A DNA stretch of 64,000 nucleotides from the NCBI RefSeq assembly GCF_009914755.1, contig NC_060925.1. One strand, 5' to 3'. Positions 14,025 through 27,284 of this stretch are shown here, in pieces (position 1 is the first letter of the stretch; every line of letters begins with the position of its first letter). The notes beneath the pieces were generated by a model. That model worked only from the letters and a program-made list of their open reading frames with translations. It did not search any database and was not told the DNA's origin. Position numbers and translations under genes: made by a program. The stretch comes from the human T2T-CHM13v2.0 reference genome, Homo sapiens.

Positions 14025-14230
14025 AGGGTAATGGTTAAGAGTCCCACTGCCTGTCTTCAAATTCCTGGCTTCAGCTCATGATTGCTGTGTACATTTGGGC
14101 AACTTGCTTGTCCTCTCTGTGCCAGTGGGTATGATAGAGTTAACCATCTCATAATGTTGTTGTAAAGATTCAGTGAGACAGAGTGTGCCAAGTACTCAGT
14201 GCCTGGCACATAACAGTTTTCAGTATGTGC
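14025..14230 (+). mobile_element. MIR
   Basis: gtaatggttaagag...ttcaaattcctggct...ttgggcaacttgctt...ctctctgtgcc...gttgttgtaaagatt...cagtgcctggcacata. Confidence 0.7.
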
Positions 14231-14249
14231 CTGCTGCTGTTAGTATAAG

Positions 14250-14567
14250 GGTGGTGATGGTGATGATGATGGTGACAGTGAGGATGATGGTGGTGATGGT
14301 GATGATGGGGATGATGATGAGGATGATGATGATGGAGATGATGGTGATGATGGTGTTGATGATGATGGTGATAATGATGGTAATGGTGGAAATGGTGATG
14401 ATGATGGTGTTGATGATGGTGATGATAATGATGGTAATGGTGGAAATGGTGGTGATGATGGTGGTGATAGAGAGATGATGATGATGGTGATGATGGAGAT
14501 GATGATGATAATAGAGATAGTGATGATAGTGATGATGATGCTGTTGATAGTGATGATGATGATGGTT
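14250..14567. repeat. (GAT/GGT)n trinucleotide low-complexity tract
   Basis: Directly visible, with an internal higher-order duplication of about 45 bp. Confidence 0.95.
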
Positions 14568-16245
14568 ACCATTGTGCTAATTTGCTGCCACTACCTTTAC
14601 TGCTCTATTGAGGGGTCATTTGATGAGTTCCTGCAGCCATGTCCCTGACCTTGGCGCTCTGTACAGAAGTGTAGATGGCACTAGCCAAGAACCTCTTGGG
14701 ATGGAAAATCACCTGGCACAGGTTCACAGAGGCATTGAGCTCCAGCCTCACGTGAGCACTGGCAGAGTGTGACCGTCAGATGGGTCAGAAGTTAGCTTGA
14801 GGTTGGGGAGGAGGCTCCCCACAGTGCAGCCCCAGCCTTCTATGACAGCTCTCTTGCTGGTCAGGTTTCGAATCTGGAATCACAGAGTCTCCTGGGAGAA
14901 AAACAGAAAGTCATTTTCTGAGCTTTTATCTTAAAACGTGTAAAGGAAACTTGTGGGGAATTCAAGCCAACTGATTTGGGTTTCTGAATATGCCCACTGT
15001 GGGAATACCTGGGGCAGGAGTGCTTGGTGTACAGTTAGTGCTCAATGAAGGTTTCCTGAACCTTACGTTCTTAGGCCGTGCATGCTGGCATCTGGCCCCA
15101 AGACTTTCCCGCCTGCTCAGGCCAATCCGCTGCTTTCCCCAGCTCATGTTCTGTCTCTCAGAAACCTCGCCACCCAGGAGGGGCCCTGAAATCCTCTAGG
15201 TTCCCATCATCATTCAGGGTTTACCTCTGTTCAATCAGTCACGTATTCGTGACATCCAGCAGCTCAAGGATGAGATGGCTCAGATGTCTTCCAAGTCTGG
15301 CCTGGAAATTTTTACATTGGAATTCACTCATGCATTTCTAAGGATGATTTCCAAGTTTGCTTTGTCCTTGTCACCGAGTGGGAGCGGGGAGGCCTTCCAT
15401 GTCCTTTAGGTATGTCCCTCGGTAAGCACAGGTGACAAGCTGGTGTCATTTTCTCTGCACCCCAGCCGTCAGCTGACCTAAGCATCAATGCAAGCCAGCC
15501 AACCTCAGGAGCAAGCCTCATGATGGTGAACTATTTTCTAAACACCAGAGTTGGAGTGGAAGAAAATGAGAAGCAGATGTCACAGGGAGAGACATCCTCT
15601 TCCCCTTTGGTTGAAAGCTGTGATGGCCATTTAAATGCTGAGCCCATTTTAATTAAGTTGCTGGGTGTTTGCTACCAGGGAAGTGAATCTGTCCTTAATT
15701 TAAAGATATTTGAAGCAAATGACTCATGAACTTCAAAAGTTTTGAGTGGTTTAATTGGGATAAGAGAATCAAAGAACAAATCAGTGCTTGGAGCGCTGCA
15801 AAAGATCCTAAACTTTGTAGACAGCAAGGCTGGTCTTTAGGGTCTTAACTGGGATCTTCTGAATGGATGCAGCGTGGCAAATCCTGAGTGCCGTGGTTCT
15901 GGGTGGTGGCCTGTGGTCGAGGTTTTCTGTTGGCCGACAGCTCACTGGACCCAATCAGCCTGTTAGAGCACTCCCTCTGTTTTTGCTGAGCAAACTTGTG
16001 TTCATACCAAATGGATAAGTGTGCTCCAACTCATGAAAGTCCAGCCTCTGATTCTTCTGGACACGACTGTGTTGCAGGTCTTCTTGCATTTCCCTGTCAA
16101 ATGTTCCTGGCTTCAACTTATTGCATTTAGTCCTTCTTAAGCTTCTTCATTCCCTTAGGCCCTCATTCTCCTTCTAAGGGCATGCTAGGGATGTGAAAGG
16201 TCTTTAATCCTTAAGAACTGAGATGTCCAGCCTAAGGCATTTTCT

Positions 16246-16543
16246 TTCTTTCCTTTTTTTTTTTTTTAGATGGAGTCTCGTTTTGTCACCAGGCTGGAGT
16301 GCAGTGGGGCACTTGGCTCACTGCAACCTCTGCCTCTCGGGTTCAAGCAATTCTCCTGCCTCAGCCTCCTAAGTAGCTGGGACTATAGGCACGTGCCACT
16401 AAGCTCAGCTAATTTTTGTATTTTTAGTAGAGACAGGGTTTCACTATGTTGGCCAGGATGGTCTCGATCTCTTGACCTCATGATCCACCTGCCTCAGCCT
16501 CCCAAAGTGCTGGGATTACAGGCATGAGCCACCACGCCCGGCC
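16246..16543 (-). mobile_element. Alu (AluSc-like), full length
   Basis: Antisense Alu with gtcaccaggctgg and gatctcttgacctc. TSD CCTAAGGCA(T/C)TTTCT at 16231-16245 and 16545-16559. Confidence 0.95.
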
Positions 16544-18790
16544 TCCTAAGGCACTTTCTGTGGGAGAGCTGCTGGGTTCAACTCTGTCTTCTTTCACCAG
16601 GCCTGGAGAGGTGCCTTTACTTGTTGACCTGTTCAGGAGTTTCCAGCAAGAAGAGGAAGGCCTTAATGAACACTCTCCTCTACCTGGAAACCAGTCTCCT
16701 TTAAGGGAACGGATGGGGTCACTGACTAGTGGGGTAGCCGGCGGCTGCACGAAACACACCCTTGTAGGATATGCCTTTCCTTACATCATGAATGTCACAA
16801 AACCCTGGACTGATAACAAATCTGTTTGATATATAGTGGGTTGAATTCATGATTGCCATCCGCTCACAGGGGAATGATTCTGAGTGTAGAGATTAAATGT
16901 TAGACAGAATACCATTTTTAGACTTTTTGTTTTACTGTGTTACAAGGACCAGTTTTAGAATGTCTGGCTTCTTAATCAATTATTCAATGAACCATCAGCT
17001 CTGTACTTAGTTGACAGTAAATGCCACACCTCGGGGTAGGAGCGGGATGAGGAGTTGCAAAACATGGCCCCTCCTCCTCTTTTCAAGGAGTTAAAAAATT
17101 CCAGTTGGGAAATCCAGACAGATAAAGACATATCCTTGCACAAGAGAGAAAAGACAGGTAAGGATGGTAGAGGAAATGTCACCAAGCCACAGCTTCATCA
17201 ATCGCCCAATTGTTATTCTGGCAATACAGATTGGAAGGAAACAGGAGCCGTTGCAGGTTTCTTGGAGCCGAGCCCTGGGGTGGATAGGGGAGGCATAGGA
17301 AGAGCCCATCTCGGGGGCGTGTGGTGGGGCTGAGATAGAGTAGGCAGAGCTCCTGCAGGCCTGGATTGTGGAGGGAGCCAGGCCAGGCCTCCACCTCCCG
17401 GCAGCTCAGTTTCTTGGCCTCTGGAACAGATGCTGAATAAGACAACCTCCGAGGTCCCTCCTCTAGCTCCGAATTGCCCTAAGAATGGGCGAGTCCTGGT
17501 GTTCCCTCTGCAAGGAGCGGGAACGATGGTTTTGGAGGATCCCCTTCCCCGACTTGTCATCAGTGAAAGAAGAATGCTGGAGAGGTGCGCCCCTTCCCTC
17601 CCTGCCGGTGTCCACAGTTGGCTGTCCTTGGGGACCCAGCAGTGAGCTCAGTGGTCTATGTACACAGGCAAGCTGGGGGCCTGGTGGGACCATGGCTGTG
17701 GGCTCAATTTTAAGCTTCCATTTTGTGATGATGAGTCACTCTTCTCCTGGTGGAACCCTCTGCCCCACCTCTGCCCAGGAGTGGCCTGCATTGTGGATGT
17801 CTAGCTTAAAAGGCTGCCCTGTGAATCCTGCTGGTAGAAAAAACATCACCCGCATCTTTGCAGCAGATAAGTTCCAAGTGACGTTTGAGGGCTCCCCAGG
17901 TGGTCACTGACACTCAGTCCCGGAGACTCAGCCAAATTCAGAGGCAGACGAACGAGTAATGGACCCATGTGCCACGTGGTTAGACATGAAGACAGGCTTC
18001 GGGTCCCCGCTTTCGATGTGGTTCAACATGGTTCAGTGAATCTCACAACCGTCCGCCTTGCAGTCTGTGTAAGGACGTGATGATGCAAAATAAAGGGAAA
18101 AAGCCTCCCTTTCCAGAAGTTTCTTTCAGCACTGGGGAAGCCAAGTTTGTTGGAGGAACAGAGAGGCTGAAAATCTCCCTCCAGAGGTGACTGATAGGTG
18201 GGCCATGTCAGGGACAAAGCTGGTGCCAGCGGAGAGAGCGCCCACCTTGGCTCAGATGGACCCAGGCCATGGCTGCAGGTGTCCTTGGCTCCACCATGTG
18301 ACCCCATGGTCCTCTGAATCTTTGCCTGCAAAATGGGGAAGCAATTTCTTTGTGACAAGGCTGTTCTGAGACTGGACCATGCCAGCACATGTGGGAAACT
18401 GAGCGCCATAGTGAGCATGCAGCCCCTAGAGTTGAGTCAGGTCTTAAAAGATGCACGAAGCCCACCTCACCGGTGGCTCTGCCAGGGTAATCGAATGGTG
18501 TTTGTGGTGGGAAAATGCCATTTGCTTTCTGTGACCTTCAGTATCCTCTTTTGAGGTCAGTTAGGTTGTGTGGCTGCATGCTCGGTGCTATTCTGTCCAT
18601 ATCATGATCTTTCCCTGCCCTGGAAGGCCTCAGTTCTCACTGTGGTGGTCAGACCTACCTCAGGAAGCCCTCAGCCTGGCTCCCTTAATGTGCCAGGTCA
18701 ACACACCTGAGGCGTGGTTTGTGTGAGCCCCATGGAGAGGATGGGGGACAGGGATGGGGGCTGGAGCCAGCACCATTTCCTTTGCAAGGG

Positions 18791-18880
18791 GCACGACTCT
18801 CCCCTTTACATAGCTGGAATAGCACTTTACAGTTGCACACGCTCCTCCCTTTACGTAGCTGGAATAGCACTTCACAGTTT
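18791..18880. repeat. Tandem duplication, 2 x about 45 bp
   Basis: ccctttac(a/g)tagctggaatagcactt(t/c)acagtt occurs twice with a 45-nt period. Confidence 0.9.
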
Positions 18881-20271
18881 GCCCAGCAGATGTGCTGTTC
18901 TCCAAGCCACCCTGGGAAGGGGGTAGGAGGGGGATCTGCAGCTGGGAGAAGCCCAGGCATTTGTGAGTGGGGACTGGGGCAGAACCCAGCTCTCCTGACT
19001 CCAGGACTGTGGCACTTTCCATGATTCTAGGGGTGCTCTTTGGGGCTTGGGGACCCTCCCACCACATACCTCTTCCGCCTGAAGCATCAGGATGCCCTGA
19101 GTGTGGGTTCTAGATCCAGGTGGAAGTTCTTGGTCTGTGTGTAAAGGCCACTGATCAAAGAAGATTCCTGGTCTTCTTGACCCTTCTAGAAGCTCCAGAG
19201 GGTCCTGTCCATCAGCAAAGCCATGACAGGCTGGACGGAAGAGTCGGATGTCCCCACCATGTGATTTCAGAGACACACCCTGTGGTGCGTCCCTGGCCAA
19301 GATTTCATGGATGTGTCCTGAGACCAAGGCCAAGCTGCTGAGACCCACTTTGGGTCCTTGTCACTTATTCCCACCTCTGCAAGGAGAAAGTCAGTGCTGT
19401 CTATGGCAGGGAGGAAGAAGAGAGGATGTGTGGATAGGGGCTGCTGGGGAATCTTGGGTTGGGCAAAGATGGCTAAAGGGAGGAGAAAGAAAGGCCAGAC
19501 TCTCCTAACCCTTGCAGAGCCAGTGCCCGAGTTTGTGATGGATTTTGTGACACTCCCTTTACACACTGCCAATGCACCTTGCAGAGAAAACATAATCTGT
19601 GTTTTAAAAGCTTGATATAGTGTCCTAACTGTGCTGAGGAAGACATGCAAAGGAGAGTAATTTAGGGTAAAACGCTGTATTTGTACATTTAAGCGCCCCA
19701 GCCCATCTTCACTGGAGGGGTCCGGTGCTTACGTGCATATATACAGCATTTTATCTGTATGTGTGCTGAGGTGGTCAAAGGCTGGCCTCTGCATAGGGTC
19801 ACTGGGAACACGTCTGCCACACCAGCTGGGACAGTTGCATCACATTGAGGGCAGGTGACTTTCCAAAATGGTGAACAACTTTCAGAGATGTTTGGGACAA
19901 AAATGCACACAGTCTTCTTTTGATTTATTCGGTGGTTGCATGCGGGGGAACTTCAGCGTGTTCCAGCCAGGCACTGGAGAATTCCCTGGGTTCATCTGTG
20001 GCACAGAGGAGGCCCTCTGGGTTCCAAGCATGTGGGTTAGCAGCACCGAGCCGCGGGGCAGGTGCAAGTTCACAGCGCAGAGGCGATCCGTGGTTTGCAC
20101 ACTTGTCCTGTGCACGGCAGGACCTGTGGCGTCCATACCTGCCTCATTCTGTGACTGTTATGAATCTCTGCTCTAGTCCTAGACATTCCGAAAGCAGCCG
20201 TTCACCCAGCTGGAGCCTCGTCCTCTATGTTCACACGCATCTTGTGCATGGGAGGCCCAGCCTTCATCTGT

Positions 20272-20580
20272 GTGTGAGTCCTGGGGCTGCTGTAATGCAT
20301 CACCACAGTCTGCATGGTTTAAACAGAAACCTATTCTCCAGCTGTTTTGGAGGCCGGAGTCTGAAGTCATGATACAAGCAGGGCTGTGGTCCCTCCGGAG
20401 GCCCTGGGTGAGGACCCTTCTCAGCATCTTCCAGCTCCTGGTGGCTCCAGGTGCTCCTTGGCTTGTGGCCGCATCACTCCAGTCTCTGGCTGCATCTCCA
20501 CATGGCTGTCTCCCTGTGTCTGTCTTCTAAGGACACTTGTCATTGGATTTAGGGCCCACCTGGATCACCCAGAATGGTCA
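20272..20580 (-). mobile_element. MaLR LTR (MLT1C-like)
   Basis: gggctgctgtaa...ttccagctcctggtggc...ccttggcttgtggccgcatcactccagtctctg...aaggacacttgtcattggatttagggcccacc. Confidence 0.8.
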
Positions 20581-20629
20581 CATCCAGGCCCAGTGTGCTG
20601 GGAAAGGCAGGTCATGGCGAGTTGGGTTG

Positions 20630-21250
20630 GGACAGGTCAGGGCATTGGGCTGGGGCAAGGTTCCAGGAGGCTTGGAGGCCGTCATGAGGATTTGGGGTTT
20701 ATTCTGAGTATGCTGGGGCTCATGGGATACACTGAAGAGTGGTGTGATCTGAGCCGGAGGTACTGGCTGCTCTCTGAGGGCATTCTAGGGGGAAGACAGG
20801 AGGCAATGATACCAGATGGGACGTGATAACTTGTAGAGAGGTGGGACGCGAGCCCCAAGAGAGCATCGGCTGGGGAGTAAGGGAGAGAACCATCTAGAGG
20901 GTCCCTGAGGTTTTAGTCTGAGCAACTCTTTCTTCAGCTGAAAGGGGTGCATTTAATTGAGAGGCAGAAGCTGGGGAGCAGCAGATTGGAAGGAGCCCTT
21001 GGGACGGGACCTTCACTCTTGTGACATCCAGCCACCCTGGCGGCCGTCCAAGGGGAGCGCCTGTGGATACTCCTTGGATTCCTGAGTCTGCCACTCGGGG
21101 GCTGGTGCAGCCCGGAGTAGAAGCTCAGCGGAGCCTCGGGTGTGTGGAAGGTCTGGAAGGCCATGGAGGCAGTGGGGACCACTTGGACAGAGCGGGGACT
21201 GCAAGAGGGGAGAATGAAGGGGCAATTGGGGGTGATAAGGAAGAGCCCAC
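20630..21250 (-). mobile_element. L2 fragments (degraded)
   Basis: aggatttggggtttattctgagt...gtgtgatctga...tggctgct...; purine-rich L2 antisense pattern. Boundaries are uncertain. Confidence 0.45.
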
Positions 21251-23391
21251 CGGGAGGAGGTGGCCAGGAGGCTGCAGGAGAAAGCTGTTCCCAGAGCATG
21301 GAGGGGTCCTCGTGGCGGAGCTCCCAGAGACATGAAAGAGGCCACTTTTGTGAGGTGGAGGCTGCTGGAGACGTGGTGAGGGGAGAGTCCTGCGAGGGCG
21401 ATGGAAGGGAGACGGGAGGTGAGCCGCAGATGCAGTGGGTGGAGCTGAATATTTTGAGGAGCTTTGCTCTGCAGGGGTTTGGGGAAAGGGAAGCTGTAGT
21501 TGGAGGACTATGGAGGTGGACGAGGATTTTGGTTGTTCTGTTTCGTTTTGATTTTTTTTTTTATCGTGGGAGTATTCAGGCACGTCTTTCTGCCAACGTG
21601 AATGACCCAGTAGAGAATGGAAATGGACAATGTGGCAGGGACGGAGGAACGGGGACAATACAGAAGCCAAGTCCTTAAGGGATGAGAACCAGCCTGATGT
21701 GTGCTGTTGGCTGAGCTCGCTATAGAGACCTCAAGAGGTGTCCAAGAAAAGCCTGGTTTCCGAATTCTGTGTTTCTCCCCGAGGGCTGACCTTTTTCCTC
21801 TTTTCCTTGTGAGAGCCTGTGATAGTTGGAGGAATGAAATCCCATGGGTACTGCACCGACATGGCCCCTGCCATTGCTGGGTGGCCTCCCCAGGCTGGGG
21901 TGGACAAGGAGCAGGTGCACACAGAGGTCACGTGTGGTGGCCGCGGGCACCTGCGAATGCCAGGCGGAACCATGGGCGGTGGTGGTGATGGCGGCCGGGA
22001 TGAGGAAGGCTCAAGGAGAGGGGGCACTTGAGCGAGGTCTGACATGAGAGGAGGTGGCCAAGGGAGGATTTCTGTCCCCTCTGGCCTTGGCGGCATACCT
22101 AGTCCCACCTATGGCCCCTCACCTGGTCATGAGCTGGACATCCTCATCTGCTCACAGAAGGGGTCACCACCCTGCATTCCCACCCCTCTTTTCTCTGAAG
22201 CCCCCACCTCTGGGCACCCCCTGGGTGGTTTGTCTCCATCGACTGGCATTTACCATGACGTCTCTCATATTATGGCCACTTGCACTTGCCCAGAGGTGGG
22301 CCTGCTCGCTCCTCCCCAGCCCCTCGCCAATATCAATAATTGCCAGTGTCATCTGCCTGCATGGTGCTTTCCACCGGCCGTCACCTAGCCCAGGACTCCT
22401 TGAGGGGCCGCAACAAAACTCACACCCCCAGATCCTGCACCTGCTGTGCCCCTGGCTCCCAGCACCCTGCCTGGCCCACAGCTAGCTCCATAGCCATTGT
22501 CTGAACAGTTTTTTAAAATGCAACTTCTGGGCTTAGAGACAGCTGCAGGGAACGGGTTCCTAAGTGCTGAAAGCCATGCAGATCTTGCAATCTTTAGGTG
22601 AAAGAGAAAGAGGAAATGAAAAGCCAGGGTGACAATGTGCCGTGCTTTTAAAAGTCACTGATGCCCACACTGGAGGGAGGTACAGTTCTCCACAAGCACC
22701 CTCCCCTCTTGCTGCAGACACAAAGCAAGGCTGCATATGCTGGCTTGGCCCAGGGCTAGCCTGCCCCAGCGCACACTGTCTGGCTCTGGACTGCCCACGC
22801 TTGTGCCCAGAGCGAGCAATGAAACTGCCTGCCAGCCCTCAGGGTCCAGGGAGCTGGAAGCACCTGGGGCGCCAGCTCAGCCAAGGCTTGCTGGTCCCTG
22901 GGTGTTGGGTGCAGACAGCGGCCTGCAGCAGGAACCTCTGACCCCGGCAGAGGAGTAGTAAAGGGACCTCCAGCCCCCAACAGGCAGGAAAGAAGGTTTC
23001 AAGTTCCCTGGAATAGGCAGATGTGCATCAGGTTAAGTGGCTGCTCCAGTGGGCACTCACTTCCCGTGTGTGGGGAAGGGATGTGAGTGGGGTGGGCCAT
23101 CTGGGATACTTGGTGTAGAATCCCGCATCTTCTCGTGCACCATGGATGCCCCGTGGAGCTCACGGGCAGGGCTGTCGTCATGGTCCCCCTGGTGCCTGGC
23201 GAGGGCTTGCTTGTGACAGATGCTCAAAGTACACGTTTAATGAATAGGTAGACTCCCTGTTCACACCCACCTCCCCTTCGAGGGGGCTTGAGGTTAGGAG
23301 AGAACTCAGAATGTCCAGGATGTCACCCTAGAGGTCACCAGCTCCTTCCTTGGTGGCGGGAGTTGCTCGGCCAACGGAACCGGGGGCCTCC

Positions 23392-23765
23392 TGTGCCGGT
23401 GTCCTGGGCAGCTGCAGCAAAGCACTCCAGCCTGAGTGGCACAAACAATCAAAATATGTTCTCCACCGTCCTGGAGGCTAGAAGTCTGAGGTCAGGGTGT
23501 CGGGAGGGCCGGCTCCTCCCAAGGCCTCTCTCCTTGGCTTGTAGACCCTGTCTCCTCCCCGTGTCCTCACATGGTTGTCCCTCTGTGTGTCTGTGTCCTC
23601 GTCTCCTCCTCTATAAGGACACCAGTCAGCATGGATTAGAGTCCACCCTAATGACCTCATTTAACTTTAATTACTTCTTTAAAGGCTCTATCTCCAAATA
23701 CAGTCACATTAGGGGGTGGAGCTTCAACATGCAAATTTTTGGAGGACATAGCTCAACCCATAACA
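23392..23765 (-). mobile_element. MaLR LTR (MLT1A/B-like)
   Basis: ctggaggctagaagtctgag...ctccttggcttgtagac...tataaggacaccagtc...ggattag...taatgacctcatttaac...tctccaaatacagtcacatt...caacccataaca. Confidence 0.85.
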
Positions 23766-23900
23766 CCTCCCACCTCCAGGGGTCATGGCCCACCTGGGAG
23801 AGTGCCTCCCCTGGGATGAAGCAGAGGGCCCCAGGAGACCTGGAGTCCTTGCGGGATGGGGGAGGAAATGGAGCTCCATCGCCAGCCCCGCATAGAGTTG

Positions 23901-24006
23901 GAGAGAGCTGGGCACAGGGGCAGGCCCTGAATCCTGCAGAGAGCTGGGCACAGGGGCAGGCCCTGAATCCTAGAGAGAGCTGGGCACAGGGGCAGGCCCT
24001 GAATCT
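23901..24006. repeat. 3 copies of a 36-bp unit (AGAGAGCTGGGCACAGGGGCAGGCCCTGAATCCT..)
   Basis: Units start at 23902, 23938 and 23974 and are near-identical. Confidence 0.93.
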
Positions 24007-24364
24007 TTTAAGGCTGCCGTGCTTGTGCCAGGGTGTGGTGGAGGGTACCACCCTGGGGGGCAGTACTGGAAACTCACAGTGGCCAGGGTTTATGTGCATG
24101 CGGTATTCCAACATCGTCCTGTGTTTAGAGGGAGAACCCTTGAATAATGGCGTAATTTAGGGAAGTTGACCCCAGAGCCCAGTGGGGTGAGCAGAGTCTG
24201 CTTCCAGGAGTTGTGGGGAGTGGGAGGCTTCTGGGGTGGTGTGGGTGCTCCTGGGATGGCAGCAAGTCTGGGAGCCTAGAGGAGATCCGGTTGTGGGGTC
24301 TGGGCCGGAGGAAGAGGTCAGGTTCTGAACACCCAGAGAAGGTGAGTTTTGAAGCCTCAGCCCC

Positions 24365-24490
24365 CACTGTGTGGCCCTAGTGAGGGTGGGAGTCACCTGG
24401 GGAATTGGTTTTAAATGCACATTTCTGGTCTCCACTCTCCAGAAATCCTGATTCAGGCAGGAGGGGCCCAGGAAGCTGCCTTCAGAAGCC
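24365..24490 (+). mobile_element. MER5-like hAT-Charlie fragment
   Basis: gagtcacctggggaattggttttaaatgcacatttctgg...ccagaaatcctgattcag. Confidence 0.5.
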
Positions 24491-27284
24491 GTGTCTTCAG
24501 CATGTGGGTCTGGGAGGCAGAGAAACTGCAGCCGAGAGCCGGGGGCCTGCATTGCACGGCCGGCTGCTGAGCTCGGGCCTGGTCTCCTTCAGGGTCCCTG
24601 GGGGATGGGGCTGCCTTCGTGTCTGATGAAATAGGACAGAAAACAGGCACGGAAGAGCTTCCAAGAGGCAGAGGCTTGGCCCAGAGGGAAGCTGAGGGCC
24701 AGGCTTGTCCCCTCTGTGTCCTCACTGTGGCTTCTGGGGGATGCGGATCCCTGTGTGAGAGCCCCCGGGAGCCCAGCCCCCTGGCGTGGGCCACCCCCCG
24801 CAGCGAGCCACCTGTGGCAGCAGGTTGCCATTGCTTCGCAGTTTGGGTTACATCTGTTCCGCCGTGAGTCATCAGCTCGGAGCTGGGGCGCACACAGCTC
24901 TCACTGTGCCAGGCGGCCGTTCCCAGGCTCAGGTGGGTGAAGAGCAGGAGACGAACGCTGCATCTTTGCAGCCCAGCGGGCAGCAGGAGAGGCCAGGAGG
25001 AGCCTCACAGCCTCAGAATAGTGTGGCCTCTGGCCCCCTCTGTCCCCTCGGGATCCCAGGGAGTGTGGAGGGCTCCCGGCCCCACCTTCCCTGTGTTTCA
25101 GGGGTCCCAGCCCATTGCGTTTGCCTCCAGCCCTCTCCTGTGGGGGACAGTGCGGAGAAAGCTAATGTCTCCCTTAAATGGCGTTGACTGCACAGGCACG
25201 TGGACCAGGGCCTCTCCAGTTATGCTGCGCTGACCCCGTCTGTGTCTGTAGCACTTGGTCACTGATGTCCTCCACCTGCATGTCTGCCTCTACAACCATA
25301 TTCTCACCCCTGGGCAGCAGAGGCGTGCTGCTGGGGACCACGTCCCTGACACAGGACCTGGGTGCCCGGAAGACCCTGAGGTGGACCTGGGGTGCCCACC
25401 TGCTGGCATCTGCACCTCTGTGGAATCCCTTCCCCTGGAGTGTGGATGGGGCCGTGACCTGCCCCTAACGCAAGGCTGTAGCAGCAGTGATGGGACTCTC
25501 CCATGTTTAGTAATTTAAGTCTCCATACTGCTGGCCTGGAGGGGCCCATGTAGTGGGGGCTAGCGGGTGTCCAGGAAGTGAGGGCGGCCCCTGTCCACAG
25601 CCATCAAGAGGCCTAGTGCTCGGTCCTTCAGCCGATCCTGCCAATGCCTGGAAGAAGCTTGAAAGTGGAAACTTCTCTAGTTGAGCTTGCAGGTGATTGC
25701 AGATGACAGCACAGCCCAGCCCCAGGTGGTACACGGAGCCTCTGAACAGCAGGGCCCTGGTCGCCTCCGTTCCCTGTGGGACCTTGAGCAGAGGACCTAA
25801 CAAAGCCATAGCCAGACTCCAGAACAGAACTCGCCCACAGAACCAGAGATCACTGACAGGTGGTGTTCGAGCCTCTAAGTGTGTGGTCATTTGCTACTTG
25901 GCAAAGACAACTAGGAGAGCCTGGAACCAGGCGAGGGTCTGTGGGTGATGGGTGAATGCACAGGGAAATGAGGGTCGTGGGCAGGGGGTCTGAGTCTGGA
26001 AGCCAATGAGACATGGCCTTTGGCAGCTTGGAGAGGAGCCCTGGGCCCCAGCGGACCCTGGCTGAGCACGGGGCCCTTCCGATGGCATGCTGGAGGGTTT
26101 ATTCCAAACTCCCTTTTTCCCTGGAGTCATTGTGTGGCTCGTGGTTTCCTTTTAGTCTAAGCATGAGGAATGCACTCACACTGCCACAGCCAAATGCACC
26201 TGCGTGTTCCCACCCAGCCCCGGGTTTGGGGTTTGGCATCTGAGTGACACCTGCTCCCAGTGGCTGCCCCGATGCTGTGTAGGGGTGTGAGCGGCCATCA
26301 CAGCCTGCTCTTGCTGTCGCCGTGGGGGCCTGGCCTGCTCCAGAGTGGGCTGTGTCCGTGGGAGCAGCTCCTGAATAACCCTGTGCTCCGTGGAAAGGCA
26401 GAAAGAGCAGGACAGACCCTCAGGCACAACTGCAGAGCCCAGGGGTCCGTCTACAGCGAAAGGTCATTTTGCAACTTGCTGGAAACTTCTATCTTGGGCT
26501 GCTGATTGCTGGGCCCCAGCTCCTCAGAGGACACTGCACTGGCTTTTTTGGGTGGTCAGGTTTTCCCTCCACCCTGGGCCTGGGGCTCACTTAGTCTGGC
26601 CTCCCTGCCGATGGGCTCTCTGTCATTGCTCCCTATTGAAACCAGCGTCCTGTCACCGGGGACATGGGAGCTCTCCGGGGCTCCATCGGCCCTGGGCCCA
26701 GCTGCCAGACCACACATCCATGTTTCCATTATCCCCTGAGGCTCTGTAGGGCCTGCAGACCCCGAGGACGCTGCCCACTGCCCTCCTGCTCACTCCAGCC
26801 CTGGTGAGCTCAGGGCCGAGTCTTCTGATACATCCTGGAAAAAAAATCATTGAAATGAATTATACATCAACACCAAGAGACGGATCATTAATTAATAAAC
26901 TCAGCCATCTCAACTTCCCACAGCCTACACAGCATCCATGGTGAATGAATAAGCGGGCCCAGCCTCACAGCCCGGGATGCAGATGAGTCTCCCTTTCTCG
27001 TGAGAAGGGTGCAGGTCGGAGTGAGGGGAGCACAGGGCAGGGCCCGAGTCTCGAGGGCGTCACTCCTCCTGCGAGTGCAGACCTGGGGCCTGGGGGTCCA
27101 GCTGGCCAGTGCGGGCTGCCCTGTGAGACTTGGAGCTGCTGCCCCACACACTCCTGTGCCCTGGCCCTTCCTGGTGAGCTAGGTTTTCGGCTCCTGGCCT
27201 CTGAGCTGTGCCTACAGGGTGACCTCGAGACTCACGGGGTGGGACTCTGCTGACAGTTGCTCGTTGAAGTATGGGGTCTTCCAG

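Noticed and set aside
14173-14572. Poly-Met/Val and poly-Ile/Ser ORFs
   Set aside because: These are translations of a GAT/GGT simple repeat.
23901-24006. Tandem repeats as a CRISPR-like array (also 38114-38321)
   Set aside because: The units are contiguous with no unique spacers, there are no cas genes, and the DNA is primate.
23288-24160. 290-aa ORF with repeated ESWAQGQALNP
   Set aside because: It spans an MLT1 LTR and a 36-bp VNTR, so the peptide repeat is a by-product of the DNA repeat.
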